A stretch of 63,998 nucleotides of DNA, the filler included, from Neoconidiobolus thromboides FSU 785 (Eukaryota > Fungi > Entomophthoromycota): assembly GCA_025603075.1 (NCBI GenBank). It is 6 parts of 6 records of this genome, joined end to end, with 100 filler letters (N's around TTAATTAATTAA, not from the genome) between each part and the next. Parts side by side here need not be neighbours in the genome. Positions count along the whole stretch, not along the records: positions 1 to 24,412 come from MU626519.1; positions 24,513 to 29,890 come from MU626753.1; 4 more parts are not named here. One strand, written 5' to 3'. Below are positions 14,746 to 27,639 of the stretch, in pieces; position 1 is the first letter of the stretch, and each line of letters starts with the position of its first letter. The notes under the pieces are model-generated. The model searched no databases, was not told where the DNA came from, and worked only from the letters and a program-made list of their open reading frames with translations. Both the position numbers and the translations under genes were made by a program.

Positions 14746-16693
14746 CTACAGCGGTAAGTATTTGGGATATTCATAAGGTTGTGTAATACTAACTGCAGGT
14801 CCAGATGAAAGTTGATTATCAATTGAGTAGTCTTTGATACTGCGGCTAAGGTAATGACTGGGTGAAGAAGATGACGGTGTAGTCATACTTATTAACTGTG
14901 GGTTAGGACGACGAACTAACCTTGACAGTAAAAGGTCAATAGTACAAAAGTTGTTATCATTCACTGAAAATTCACGATGTACGCGTGATTGTATATGCTA
15001 TAAATAGATTAATGATTGTTTAGATAAGATTTTAGATGAATTTACCTCTTCAATATCATTGAACTTGGTTTTGCAATTTTCGCAATATCCTGGTTTCTTA
15101 ATATTGTTAGGGGCAGGGGCTGCAGAAGCTTTTAACCTTATTGGATGAGGAATTGGTGGTAGAGTCTTTGGTATAATAGCAGTCTAAATATTAATTATCA
15201 AGAATTAAAATATGGAAAAGGAATTACTTTTTCATATTGCAAATGCGAGTTGGGCAATGCAGATAATCTTTTACTTTCATGAGTAGAAGGATCATTATTA
15301 TCAACGTTACAAAACCTTTTAGAAATTACAATAGGATCTATAATACTATCTAAAAGATCATTATTCCCTATATTTATTGGTGGTAAGACAAGACTCCTTG
15401 TTGAATTTGATAGCCTTGAATGAGTGAGCTTGCTAAGTGCGGCTTCAGCTCTTCTTTTTTCAGTACCGTTTATATTCTTTTTTTTTGATTGGCATTTTAT
15501 AAATGGGCATCGTGTTGATGGAACAATATAAAGCTTTGGCCAAGGTATTTCATTGGCATCTTTACTAGGTGAATATTCAGCAGCTACTGCGGGTCTATAA
15601 TGACCAGTTGCATCTTCAACTAAAACAAAAGGATGTTTAAAGAAATGAAAATCTGATTTCTTTAATGTTGGTTTTTCATAACTCATAATTTTTATGCTTG
15701 GAATATGAATAGTGTTATTATCATAACATCTAGTAAGTCCAAAGTGGTGTTGTGAAGGCGTTGGGGGTGGCAACATTATAGCTAAGAAAATAATTAGAAA
15801 CATTTCATTTGTTGGTATATAAACCATTTACGTTCTAAAGGGCGTAATTGGCGCCAGCTGTTGTCATTATAATTATGAGTTTTATCATCAAATATTGGCT
15901 TGTAACTAATTCCAGATGGTTCTGCAGGGTCAAGCTAAAATCAATCTTAAAAGGATTTCTACCATAAAAAAATAAATTTACCTCTTTAATTGGTGGTATA
16001 TGAAAATCAAGATGCCCAGAATTAGGCAGCCTGTGATTATAAGTACTATATAATGGAGACACAAAACGAGAAGGAGCGTTTGAGGTTGTAGTCCTTTGAT
16101 ACACACTGTCATTTCTGATCTTATTAATATGGGGATTCAACGAAGTTCTTTCTGAGTTAGGAAGAAATACTATATGGGTAACCAATTCATTACATGTTGC
16201 TTCCACTTTCTAAATAAATAATTAGTATTTAAAGTTGTTAATAAGTATATGTAATTACCCCACCAAGTTTTTCTAAATCAAAAGCAACTTCTCTTGATGT
16301 AACACCATCCAACTGGTTTAAATAGAAATGAAAAGAAGCTAAATAATCCCTATGAGATTTCAACCAAGTGCTGAAATTGAAAACAGCCTGCGATTGTTGA
16401 ATAGCGGATACTTGTAAGAGGTTAAACACTTTTGATCTGCTACTAAACTCACTATTTTTAGGGCTGTTGTACATATTGTTTGCAGGACTCAACAATTGAA
16501 TACGTGGTAATAGTAATTGTGGCATTTGATTATTTGAATTATTATAATATGGCTTGAAGTTTTTTATTGGAGGTAATACAACAGAATCTTCAACTTCATT
16601 GTTATTGTTATACCTTAGTCTATCAATCTCATTGTTGTTACGATCGATATTATTATTGTATCTAGTATTGTTATGAAAATATTGTTGATCCAT
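14746..16693 (-). CDS. DBF4: Cdc7 kinase regulatory subunit Dbf4 (multi-exon)
   Basis: Motif N (FHFYLNQLD...LEKLGG...VTHIV); motif M (FKHPFVLVEDATGHYRP...WPKL); spliced motif C zinc finger KKPGYCENCKTKFNDIEE/HIQSRVHREF. Confidence 0.9.
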
Positions 16694-18352
16694 ATTATGG
16701 ATTGGGAAAGGGTAACTATAAGCTTAATTAAAGCTCAAATATAACTACCACCCAATCACTAAAACTTTAATAAAAGAATTATTGCAAAATTGGAATTGTA
16801 CTTACCCTGCTTAAGTTCCCTAATAAATAACCACCAATCATTCGTCCTCAGCCTCATTCACTAAAACCCGTTCATTCAATCACTTTATAAAGATTTTTTA
16901 ATTTGACCTCTGGTTAGTCACATTTCCGTATGTTCCTGTACAAAAACTGAGCTAGAGTTAGAATGATATAGCGAGTAGGCCAATCAAAAGACTTGAAAGC
17001 TACAAAGAAAACGTTATAAATGGTTTAAGGAGAAAATACAGATTTAATTGATGTGATTCACAATATTTAATCTTTTTTACTCGAAGAATACGGAATGCGC
17101 TTAAAATTCCCAAACAAATTTGCACTAAAACCATTTAACTGGTGCATTTTGAGGGATATTTTCTATAAATAAACTTTCTAACTAGATCAGGTTATAATTT
17201 TAAATGATTCAAGTTGAAACGGATTATTAATTTATTACCACTGCCCCAAAGTTATAAACCATCAACTATGATCATTAAGTACATTTAAGCCAATTACTAT
17301 TCTAGTCGTATGCACTTAAGCCAATAAAATAAAATAGAACGCTATTTATCCCTTATATTAAAATTTTATTTTTGAGGATCATTTATGGAAATATACATAT
17401 AGAAAATATCGAGTTATAGTATCTTTTAACAACTATAAATATCTAGTGTTTTTATTATTTAAACTGATAAATTAAATTTGTTAACTTTTTAATTAAAAAT
17501 AGTATAATTTAAATTTAAAATATGATATTAAGTACTATAGTATCAAAGTTTTTTATTTAAATCTAGTATAAAATCTAAGTTTGGATTCTTATAAATTTAT
17601 TAGACTAACAAATATAAATAAACACATTATAATCAAGTAATTCAAAAACAAGGGTATCATTTAAAGGCTTTAAAGGTGAAAACAAGATTTTTTACATATT
17701 TGAAATACACACAATATTTTCAAATTAAAGCGCTATCTTGAAAATTCTATAATTGTTACACAAAATACTCTCACTATAAAAAAGTGTTTTTTAAAAAGTG
17801 TTTTATTAATAGTTTTAATTGAACTATTTTATCTGTCATTCAAAGTAGTAGCTTTTAGTATTTGTTGTATATATCAAATAATAAAGATGTTAACTATAAA
17901 ATGAAATTATTTTTGCTTACTTTAATTTTTACAACTATTATTAAACAAGGCTATAAAAAAATTCAAAACTTGAATACACATTTTATCATTTATTATGAGA
18001 TAGTTTAATAAATAAACACTTTGATTGATAAATTAGATGATTTCTATTTTTTATAAAATAATTTACCATTTTTATTTAAAGTTTATATTAAATAAAAGTT
18101 ATATTTAAAAATAGCAATAGAAAATATTTTAAATCTCAGTAAGAAAAGGGAACATTTTCTCAATTAAAGTTACGGGATAAGCAACTTTTGAAATTCAGTA
18201 TTTCAAATTCCTTAACTAAATCCCATAGCTTTAAATAAGCCCATTTGCAATGAACTAAATTTATCAAGGATATATTTAACATTGCAACTTTGTTAGTAAA
18301 TAAAAATTTACTGTATACATTAGTTGGCCAATATCATAAGGCTAATTTAAAT

Positions 18353-21300
18353 ATGTCTCGTTATAATCTTCGTCCAGAAGCCGCTTACAAAAGAGCTGAA
18401 GGTTTAAATTTATTGTTTTTATTGACTTATTTTAACATCTTATTATAGAACTCCTTGCAGTTGGAGATGAAACATCAGCTTTACAAATCCTTCAAGAAGC
18501 TTTAGTTCGTATCAATCGTAATGTTACCACTGCTACTCTTGAGCCAGTTGTTGTTAAATTTATTGAGCTTTGTGTCAATCAAAACAAATCCAAGTTTGCA
18601 AAAGATGGATTAATGAGCTACAAAAACTTTGCTCAAAATTTTGACCCATTAAGTATAGAAGTAATATCTATTTATATACACTTACTTGCATTTATCTTTA
18701 ACAATTTTAGAAAGTATGTAAGAAATACATTAATCTCGTAGAAGAAAAACTTGTTGAAGCTCAAGCCAAAGCTGATAAAATTGGTGAAGAGGGTGTGGAA
18801 GATTTAGAAGCATTAGAAACTCCAGAATCTATTTTATTACGAGCAATAAGCTTAGAAGATTCTAAAGAGTTAAGTGAAAGAAATATCGTAACTCCTTATC
18901 TTAAACTTCTTTGGGAGACATACCGCAATATTTTAGACGTCCTTAAGAATAACAATCGTTTAGAAGGGATTTATCAAGTAATTCTCATATCATTTTTCAA
19001 AAAAAATCAATTAATTGTTTTCAAAGGAAGTAACTAACAAAACATTCCAATTCTGTATTGAACACAACCGTAAAAACGAGTTCCGTCGTTTAAGCGAAGT
19101 TCTTCGTCATCATTTAACTAACTTTGCAAAATACGCACATCAATCTCATTCTGTTAATTTAGCAGATCCTGAATCTCTTCAACGTCAAATCTCTATCCGT
19201 TTTGGACAACTTAATACTGCTACTGAATTAGAACTTTGGCATGAAGCTTTCCGTTCAGTTGAGGATATTCATAGCCTTTTATCTAACTCTAAAAATGCAC
19301 CAAAAACTGGAATGATGATAAACTATTACAATAAGGTGACTAAGATCCTTTTTGTAAGTAAAAATTATCTTTTCCATGCTGCTGCTCAAAATCGCTATTA
19401 TTCCACCTTAAAAGCATCTGGAACAAAGGTTTCTACTGAACAAAGACAAGATATTTCTTCTCAAGCTCTTTTATCTGCACTTTCAGTTCCAGTAATTACT
19501 ACTGCCAAAATTCGTTCAGGTCTTTTAGATGTTGATGATAGCAAATCTAAAACTTCACGTTTAACAAACCTTTTGAATCTATCACAAGCTCCAACCCGCT
19601 CTGGAATCCTCAAAGAGCTCCTCGCTGATAATATTCTTGAGCGTGTTCGTTCCGAAATCAAAGCTTTATATAAGTTCCTTGAAGCAGAGTTCCACCCATT
19701 GTCAATTTGTAAAAAAGTCGCTCCAATTTTAAAATCTTTGGAATCAAGACCTGAAGAAGCTAAATACATCCCTGCCTTACGCGAAGTTATCCTTACTCGT
19801 TTATTACAACAACTTTCTCAAGTTTACACTTCTATTAAGGTTGATTCTGTTGTCAAACTTGCTTCTTTATCCTCTTCTTATTCTTATGATGCCACTGCAA
19901 TTGAAAAAATTATCATGAATGGGTGCAAACGTGGGGAGCTTTCAATCAAAATAGATCATGCTACAAAGGCTATAACCTTTGAGTCTGACATGTATAGTAG
20001 CTCTAACACCAAAGTTGATGAAGGAACCCTTCTTCAAAAGACTCCATCTGAGTTGATGCGCACTCAACTTACTTCACTTGCTAAACGTTTACACTGTGCT
20101 GTTAACATGATTGATCCATCAGTACAAGCAGAAAAGAAAGAAGCTAGATTAAATGCAATTTCAAACGCATTAAAATCATCTGAAGAAGAGCACAAGAGAA
20201 TCATCAATCGTCGTGCTATCATTGAACGTCGCAAAGAAATTGCTGAAACTCTTCAAATCCGTAAAGAAAAGGAAGAAGCACGTGAGAAAGCACTTCGTTT
20301 ACAAAAAGAACAAGAAGCCGAACGTCTCCGTTTACTTGAGGAATCCAAGCTTAGAGAAGAAGAGCGTAAACGTAAGGAAATCGAAAGCATTCAACTTGAA
20401 GAAGCTAAGAAATTAGCAGAATCCATTAAAGAGAAGATGAAGATTGAAGTTGAATTAAAGGATCTCAATACTGACAAGTTAATGCAAATCCAAGTTGAAC
20501 ATCTTGAAAAAGAAAAGAATGAAATCCAAAGCAAACTTAAATCTGTTGGTCGTCATCTCGATCATTATGAGCGTGCTTTGCGTAAAGAAGAAATCCCCCT
20601 CCTTGAAGAAGATTACCAACGTCAACTTAAATCTGATAAAGCTTACCATAAAGCTTCACAAAAAGCCATTATTGAACTTAGCCGTGCCAAATATGATGAA
20701 GATATGGCAATCAAAGGACGTTTATCTCGTATTTTAACTTCTTATAACAGCTTCAAAGAGCGTATCACTAATAAGAGGCAAGAAGCTCATAGCATCAAAT
20801 TAGCTGAATTACAAGCCAAATTAAAAGAAGCTAAAGATGCTCGTATTAAAGAGTATAACGATCTAAGAGAGGCTAAACGTGTCGAACTTGAAGAAGAACG
20901 CAAGAAAATGGAAGAAGCTAGAGCATTAGAGCTTAAGAGGGAGCAAGAAGAAAAAGAGCGTCTTGAAAAAGAAAAAATCAGGAAAGCTGAAGAGGAAGCT
21001 TCTAAGGCCGCTAAAGAAGCTGAAGAAAAGGAAAGACGTCGTAAATTAGATGAAATCGCTAGAAAACAAAGGGAGAGAGAAGAAGCCGCTGATGAGAAGA
21101 TTAGAGCTGCACGTGAAGCTGTTAGAAACAGTACAGCTCCTTCAACCAGTTCAAGATCTTATATCCCACCAGGACGTAAAGCTGCCATGGAAGGCCAGAA
21201 TAAGGATGAATCAACTCCTGTTCGTCAACATAGCAATGAAAATGTATGGCGTAGACAAGAGAGTGGTGGTCGTCCAGCTGGAGGGGACCCATGGCGTCGT

Positions 21301-21501
21301 CAAACCTCAGAGGGTAGACCCGGCTTTGGAGCCAAAAAACCAGAACCTACTCAATCTGCCGCTAATCCACCAGCCGTTGGACAAGCCAAAGCAGGCGGAT
21401 GGCGTGCTCGTGAAGCCGAGAGACAGGCTAAGGAAAACAAAGATAAGGAAAGCAAGGGTGATGATGGATTTACCACCATTCGTTCTGCTAAACGTTCCTG
21501 A
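18353..21501 (+). CDS. TIF32: Translation initiation factor eIF3 subunit A (short 5' exons then a long exon)
   Basis: MSRYNLRPEAAYKRAEELLAVG; VTPYLKLLWETYRNILDVLKNN; ATELELWHEAFRSVEDIH; PCI domain, long coiled coil and low-complexity tail. Confidence 0.96.
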
Positions 21502-22619
21502 GCGATTGAACTTTTTCACATTTTAATGTATAGTTCATTAGACCTCAAATCATCTTTTGTCTTAATAGACCAGTAATTAAAAAGTGCTTTTAATTCTTAA
21601 TTTTTTAATTTTCAATTTATAAATATGAATATACAAATTATTGAATATGGGTCGTTATACGATAGTCGATATTAATCATAAAAAAGAATAATTACTAATT
21701 ACAAACCTTTCAAAGTTTGATTACTTATACTCTGTTTGATGCTATAGATTGTAATAATTTTATAAATTAATAAGCAAATTAAGTTTTAAAATTAGGCATT
21801 TGATTTTATATAAAAGTATTTCTAAAGTAGTTTAACTTTTTGAGCCAATCCATTTAGTGAGGGCATAAGGCAGCTATGGTTTAACTTTCTTATAGGAAAA
21901 CTACCTTGGTTTTAGACATAAATAGTATTTGCTGTTACAGTCAATGTCTTTAAATTAATTTTAACCCAAAAAATTAGATTATTTGAAACTACCTTATAAA
22001 AACAACATACAAGGGACCTACGTAAATAGTCAAGGTTTTATACTATTCTAAGATTTAAATAGCTAGTGCTAGGCACATTTCAATAGTAATAAATTGAGTA
22101 GTCTTTAATGGAGTAAAAAGCATAATAAGAGTAATCAATAAGTAAGCTTTATTTAATAATTTAAATACAATATTTGGACACTATCATCGGTGATAACGTA
22201 TTTGTTAAAACAGATTTCGATAAATTATTTATAGATTGTGGGGTCACCCTTATTTTTATCACTTGGTAAATCTATACTTATTTATACTTAACTCCGTTTT
22301 GTGGCAATGTTTAATAAATGAGCATTATTATAACATTAAACCATATTTCTTATATCTGAATAATAAAAGACAGATAATAAATTGGTGTTACTATATAACT
22401 TTTATTCCATTTTTTAAGAATCAGAATAGAATTTGTCCGCCACTAATCATCACATTTAATTGGCACAGTCGCTTTTTTCCGTGTTATGAATTTTATTGGA
22501 ATTCTTTTAACAAAGATAAGAACAATGTATTGTTAAACAAAATTTATTCAATCCCCCTTTCATCCTTAATTTATACTATAAAATAATAATTAAACAAACC
22601 CAATTTATTAAAAATTGAA

Positions 22620-23579
22620 ATGACAGAAGAAGCATCACTGTATACCATTTATTTAGTTTTTCATTTTTCGCAAGTATTGTCGTTTATTTTTGTAACATTC
22701 GCTCTACTTATGGCTTTTACAGTATTTAAGGTCAATGAAAAATTAAACAATAAAATAAACTATAGGCTTTCAATTTTAGTCTTATGTTCTGATATCATCT
22801 TCTTAACATTTCAATTCATCTCAAGATATTCAAATAGTGATGCTGTATGCGTTTTAAGTGCTTGGGGTGTCGTTTTTTCAACTTTAATCTCAATGTTTTA
22901 TACTGTAGTTATAGCTGTTAATTTACAAATCACTTTTATACACAAGGCCTATGCCAATCGATATACAATATGGGCCTATTATACTTGTCCTGCTTTCTTT
23001 GCTCTACTTTTAAGTTTATTACCTGTATTTGTTGGACAAATTGGACTTCATCAAGAAGGAGATACTGTAAGTTGTTGGTACAAAGCAGAAACCAGTGGAA
23101 CAATATGGTCATATACAACCTTTTATGGTTGGATTTTATTTGGAATATTTTACTGTTTCTGCGTTATAACAACCATAATAAGCTTACATTACTTAAGACG
23201 CTATTATTTCAAAAGTGAATTTGCAAACTCTATAGCTAATGGAAATAATAAAAGCAACACAGCCATTTTAAGAGTATTGTTATATCCAGGGGTCCCAGTA
23301 GTATGCTATTTTTGTATCATGGTAAAATTATTCTCAGGGATACAGTCAACAGACTTAACTATAGCTGCTGATTTTTTTCAAAGCTTACAAGGGTTCCTAA
23401 ATTCTATCATCTTTTTAACCTCACCAACATTTCTACAGGAAATTAGATATTCTAAAGTTAAGTTAGCCAGGCAATTAAACGCAAAGATCTCGCTATATCC
23501 TAATTCTAAGTTCATTACTATCTGGACCTTATTATATACTTATCTAACATTGGATACTGAAATAAGTCTATCATTTTAA
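22620..23579 (+). CDS. 7-TM GPCR-like protein (cAMP-receptor-like/Git3-like)
   Basis: 319-aa single exon with ~7 hydrophobic segments; CVLSAW (TM3), SCWY (ECL2), RVLLYP (TM6), QGFLNSIIF (TM7). Confidence 0.8.
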   Translation: MTEEASLYTIYLVFHFSQVLSFIFVTFALLMAFTVFKVNEKLNNKINYRLSILVLCSDIIFLTFQFISRYSNSDAVCVLSAWGVVFSTLISMFYTVVIAVNLQITFIHKAYANRYTIWAYYTCPAFFALLLSLLPVFVGQIGLHQEGDTVSCWYKAETSGTIWSYTTFYGWILFGIFYCFCVITTIISLHYLRRYYFKSEFANSIANGNNKSNTAILRVLLYPGVPVVCYFCIMVKLFSGIQSTDLTIAADFFQSLQGFLNSIIFLTSPTFLQEIRYSKVKLARQLNAKISLYPNSKFITIWTLLYTYLTLDTEISLSF

Positions 23580-23814
23580 AGTTGTATGTATTTTATAAAT
23601 TAATTAAATCTTTGTAATAAATGAATGTTCACCATTTTTTAATTTTTTCTATTTAGTAAGCTTATTACATTTGATTTGTATAAGTGAATTCCAAAATAAC
23701 TATTAATTTTTATTTGATAATAAAAAGATTCCTACATACAAGCTCTTAAATCCCGTTAACTGCTATTTTCTAATATCAAGGATTAACTTATGAAAACCAT
23801 ACAAATTTAATAAA

Positions 23815-24274
23815 GTGCTTTTATTTAATAAACGTTTTGGTGATAATGCGGAATGCATCAACAGAGTTGTTAAAATCGGTGCTAGAACCAATAATATCCT
23901 GTCTACAGATGGTTCGAGATTACTAGAAGACTAAGAACATCCACCAGAAGATATATCAGCACCATCACTTGCGTTGTTATCTAAATATGCATTAGTGAGT
24001 TAATTGAAATCAGTTTCTGAAACAGAAACGCCAAATGAACTTGAGCCATTCTACCTTGAGAAGCTTGGAACCTAGTGGAAATACCAAAGCTACCATTTCC
24101 TGTGATACTAACTGAAATGGATCCATAGCCAGAAGGGCCACCATAGCTACTATCACTTCCATACTAATAAGTCTATAGTTATTAATCGCACTATCAAAAG
24201 AATTTCTGTCAGACAAAGAAGTATAGTCGTATATGCAAATAATATTTCCATCTACATTGGAATTAGAACCAAAT
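23815..24274 (-). pseudogene. Frameshifted relic of a Gly/Ser-rich, possibly secreted protein, cut at its 5' side by an LTR-like insertion
   Basis: Protein-like segments in shifting frames (FGSNSNVDGNIICIYDY; YGSDSSYGGPSGYGSISVSITGNGSFG; QDIIGSSTDFNNSVDAF); abuts the element starting at 24275. Confidence 0.4.
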
Positions 24275-24412
24275 TGTGAAATATCGCTTTGTCAGTCCCA
24301 TGGTTAATTATAACATAACAGTCGCCTAAGCTGTTGTGTTCTCGAGTTCAGAGAAAATCAATCCCATGTTCTTATTTTGATTTGTTATGAGAATTTCTAG
24401 CTCCATCCAAAA
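24275..24412 (+). mobile_element. LTR-like element, 5' part (truncated by gap)
   Basis: Starts TGTGAAATATCGCTTTGTCAG; near-identical to 49617 copy. Confidence 0.8.
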
Positions 24413-24512
24413 NNNNNNNNNNNNNNNNNNNNNNNNNNNNNNNNNNNNNNNNNNNNTTAATTAATTAANNNNNNNNNNNNNNNNNNNNNNNNNNNNNNNN
24501 NNNNNNNNNNNN
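24413..24512. other. Assembly gap with TTAATTAATTAA linker (also 29891-29990, 43596-43695, 48941-49040, 62629-62728)
   Basis: Each gap is exactly 100 nt with the same central six-frame-stop linker. Confidence 0.98.
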
Positions 24513-24824
24513 AATAGACAATACTAATGTAAAATCTATGTAAAATACTATTAAGAAAACTTAGTGGCTTTATTAAATGTTCGAGATATCAGGGAATAAT
24601 TCAGTTAAAAAGCCTCGAACTATTATACTCTGTAAACTCTTTTATACTCTGAAAAGTAGAAATATCAAAATGAGAAGATAATATTCTTTTGGATGGAGCT
24701 AGAAATTCTCATAACAAATCAAAATAAGAACATGGGATTGATTTCCTCTGAACTCGAGAACACAACAGCTTAGGCGATTGTTATGTTATAATTAACCATG
24801 GGACTGACAAAGTGATATTCCACA
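24513..24824 (-). mobile_element. LTR-like element, inverted copy (truncated by gap)
   Basis: Reverse complement matches first ~310 bp of the 49617 copy. Confidence 0.8.
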
Positions 24825-25012
24825 ACATTAATAACAATTGTTTAGAAAAAAATTGTATAAAAACTTGTTAAGTTAGTTATTGTTAAATAAATTATATTTT
24901 ATTTATACTTCAAATTCTACAAAAGATATTATAAAACTTTAAAAGTTAATGGTTTTTGAAAAAAAGTATGGTACATAGAAAACGTTAAAATAGACAAAAC
25001 ATCACTGCACTG

Positions 25013-25117
25013 TATGGGGATATATTTTTGTGTTTAAGAATTTAACTAATAATCTTTTCACTCAAACAACGCTTAAAAAATGAAAAAAGGGATGAAATCA
25101 AAAAAACATTCTCATAT
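25013..25117 (-). mobile_element. MITE family A copy
   Basis: Matches consensus. Confidence 0.8.
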
Positions 25118-25264
25118 TATTTAAAATTTATAAAACAAATCAGTCACTGTTTATCAAAAATATAGCAGCAAATGAAACTTACTAGATCCACATTATATAA
25201 CTATTTATAAACATGTAATTTATTATGATTAATGAATAATAATTTAAAGTATTTGAAAAGAAAG

Positions 25265-25367
25265 ATATGAGGATGTTTTTTTTGGTTTCATCACTTTTTC
25301 CATTTTTTAAGCGTTGTTTGAGTGGAAAGATTATTAGTTAAATTCTTACAAAAATACATCCCCACAT
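25265..25367 (+). mobile_element. MITE family A copy
   Basis: Matches consensus. Confidence 0.8.
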
Positions 25368-25525
25368 CATATTTAAAAATAAATTGCTTATACGCATTAA
25401 AGTAAGTATAATCTTTTAGACTATTAACTATAACATTGATCCAAATTAAAAAATTTCACATAAAAAGGCTCCAAAATAAAGTAGATAAATAAAGTAAAAA
25501 CAATTGATGAAATGAGATTAAAGTT

Positions 25526-25879
25526 TTATTTATACAAGTAAATGATTTGACATTCCTTACTCTTTTGCCTTTTATTTTGAAACCAAATTTGTACCTTCCT
25601 TTCGTCTAAGCTTAAGTATTCGGATAACTGGGCTCTATCAGATTTTGTTGGAAACGGATTGAGCTTGAAAGACTTTAATAATATGTTTTCTTGATAAGCT
25701 GTTTTACGTACCCTTTGACTAGCTTTATATTTCTTAGCTGGAGATTTAATCAAGTCTTCATGGTTAATAAACTTAACAGAGTTACTTGAATTTCCTTTAG
25801 ATGGTATTATTTCGCCTTTTGGACTTAGAATATCATAGAATAAATCTCTTATGCTAGGTAAATTTAATGTTTGGTTCAT
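25526..25879 (-). CDS. Small homeodomain transcription factor (~117 aa)
   Basis: RVRKTAYQENILLKSFKLNPFP...LSLDERKVQIWFQNKRQK helix 3; N-terminal LPSIRDL motif. Confidence 0.88.
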   Translation of the reverse strand: MNQTLNLPSIRDLFYDILSPKGEIIPSKGNSSNSVKFINHEDLIKSPAKKYKASQRVRKTAYQENILLKSFKLNPFPTKSDRAQLSEYLSLDERKVQIWFQNKRQKSKECQIIYLYK

Positions 25880-27285
25880 TTTATTGACATTCACTTTATT
25901 TTTGTTCCTTTTATAGTTTTAAATAAAACTGGTTCAATAACCTCGGGGAATCATTGCTTTCATGGTTCCTATGAACTTTTCTATATTAAGCTTCTAATTA
26001 TAAGTCATAGTACACATCTAACTAATATAATACTTAAATCATATTTAAGCAATCCTTTAATAAAGCTATTTTTAAATATATGAAATCCTTATTTGAATAT
26101 ATACAATCATTTATCATGCAAATATTTTATCACAAATATTTAAAATAAAAAATAAAAAATAAATTTTGTAAATCATACATAATCATTTTGGTCACCTACA
26201 TCCCTTGATTCAATAAATAAGGAACAGCTTATAATTCAAACAAATTTAATATTTAATATTAAAAAATGACATGCATGACCTATTTAATTCATATATATTT
26301 GAATGATCTAATTTAAATTATAATTATGCTTTTATTAAAATATAATATAAATATGCTATCACTAGTAAAAAATAAACGTTTTATATTTCGATAGTGAGAT
26401 TTCTATTATTTAATTCCAATAAAAGTATCCATTAAATTGTGAGTAATTCTAATTTGAACAATAAATCAATAAGTAAAGTACCATGAGCTCTTACTTATTT
26501 ACTAAATTGAATTTAGAATTTTAATAATTTATTTAATGGCTTTAACCTAATGTATTATTTATAATTATAAACATATGTTAATCATCCCTCAAATCAAGTA
26601 GCTAAATATAATAATTAGAATATTTGATAGCGATATAACCTAAACAGGTTAAATGTATAATAATAATTTCGCGTTAAAATAAAACATCAATTAAAAGTGA
26701 ATAATTATATAGTCGTGCATTTCATTTATATTAAATTTTCTCCCTTAAACCTATAAGTATGATTTAGTAGTTATCCTCATATTTAATAGTTTATTGTTCA
26801 AAGCTAAATTCCTTAGTATAAGCTTAGTTTTAGTATTGAATTAGGTTGGCATGTATATTTATTAATATATTGTATCTCATATTAATTTATAAAGTATAGT
26901 AAAAATTTATCTAAGATCAAGGCCAAATTTGGCAACTAGTATTGTGTGTCATTATTTAATTGGTGTTTATCCATTATAATTTTATTTTTTTCACAATTTT
27001 ATATTAGTGATCCATAAATTCATTAACTGGTATATTCAGGTTAATATCCCTTTTATTACTTTCATGACCTCTTTTAGAATATTAATATATTAAACATTCC
27101 GATAGGATCAATATTTTCGACATTTTCAAAATGTATTTCATGACTATTATTTAACTCATTTTGGGCTTTTCGTTTAATTTAGTTTGGTAATCACGTTATA
27201 ATAAGTCTGATAAATCTCCTCAAACTAGTTATACGTTTTAAGATGAACTTTTATTTTTAGCTATCGTTATAAATCCTTTAATAAC

Positions 27286-27390
27286 ATATGGGGCTGTTTT
27301 TTTGGTTTCATTATTTTTCCGTTTTTTAAGCGCTATTTGAGTGGAAAATTTGTTAGTAGAATTCTTAAACACAAAAATACATCCTCATAT
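27286..27390 (+). mobile_element. MITE family A copy
   Basis: Matches consensus. Confidence 0.85.
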
Positions 27391-27639
27391 TTTAAATACC
27401 ACAGCTTTGTAATCTATAAGTATTATTCATGGAATGCCCAATAAAAAATGAAATATGAGTCCCAAGGGTAAGTTGAGATTAAAAAAGTAAAGTCTATATT
27501 AACTTAATATATAAAAACAAATGTAACAATGTTAAAAATGAATAAAAACAAGTGAGCTATCGAGTTATCTATATCATTTCATATTATATATTATATATTA
27601 TATATTATAAAACCCAAATTTCCACAACTTAATAGATAT

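Noticed and set aside
16694-18352. MCB (ACGCGT) elements expected upstream of DBF4
   Set aside because: No ACGCGT seen in the intergenic region
19461-21526. Antisense and alternative-frame ORFs over eIF3a (19461, 20213, 20495, 21050, 21307)
   Set aside because: Shadows of a long codon-biased coiled-coil exon; no independent motifs
24413-24512. Repeated TTAATTAATTAA motif inside N runs (five places)
   Set aside because: Identical 100-nt gaps with a six-frame-stop linker are assembly artefacts; ORFs ending in X runs are not real termini
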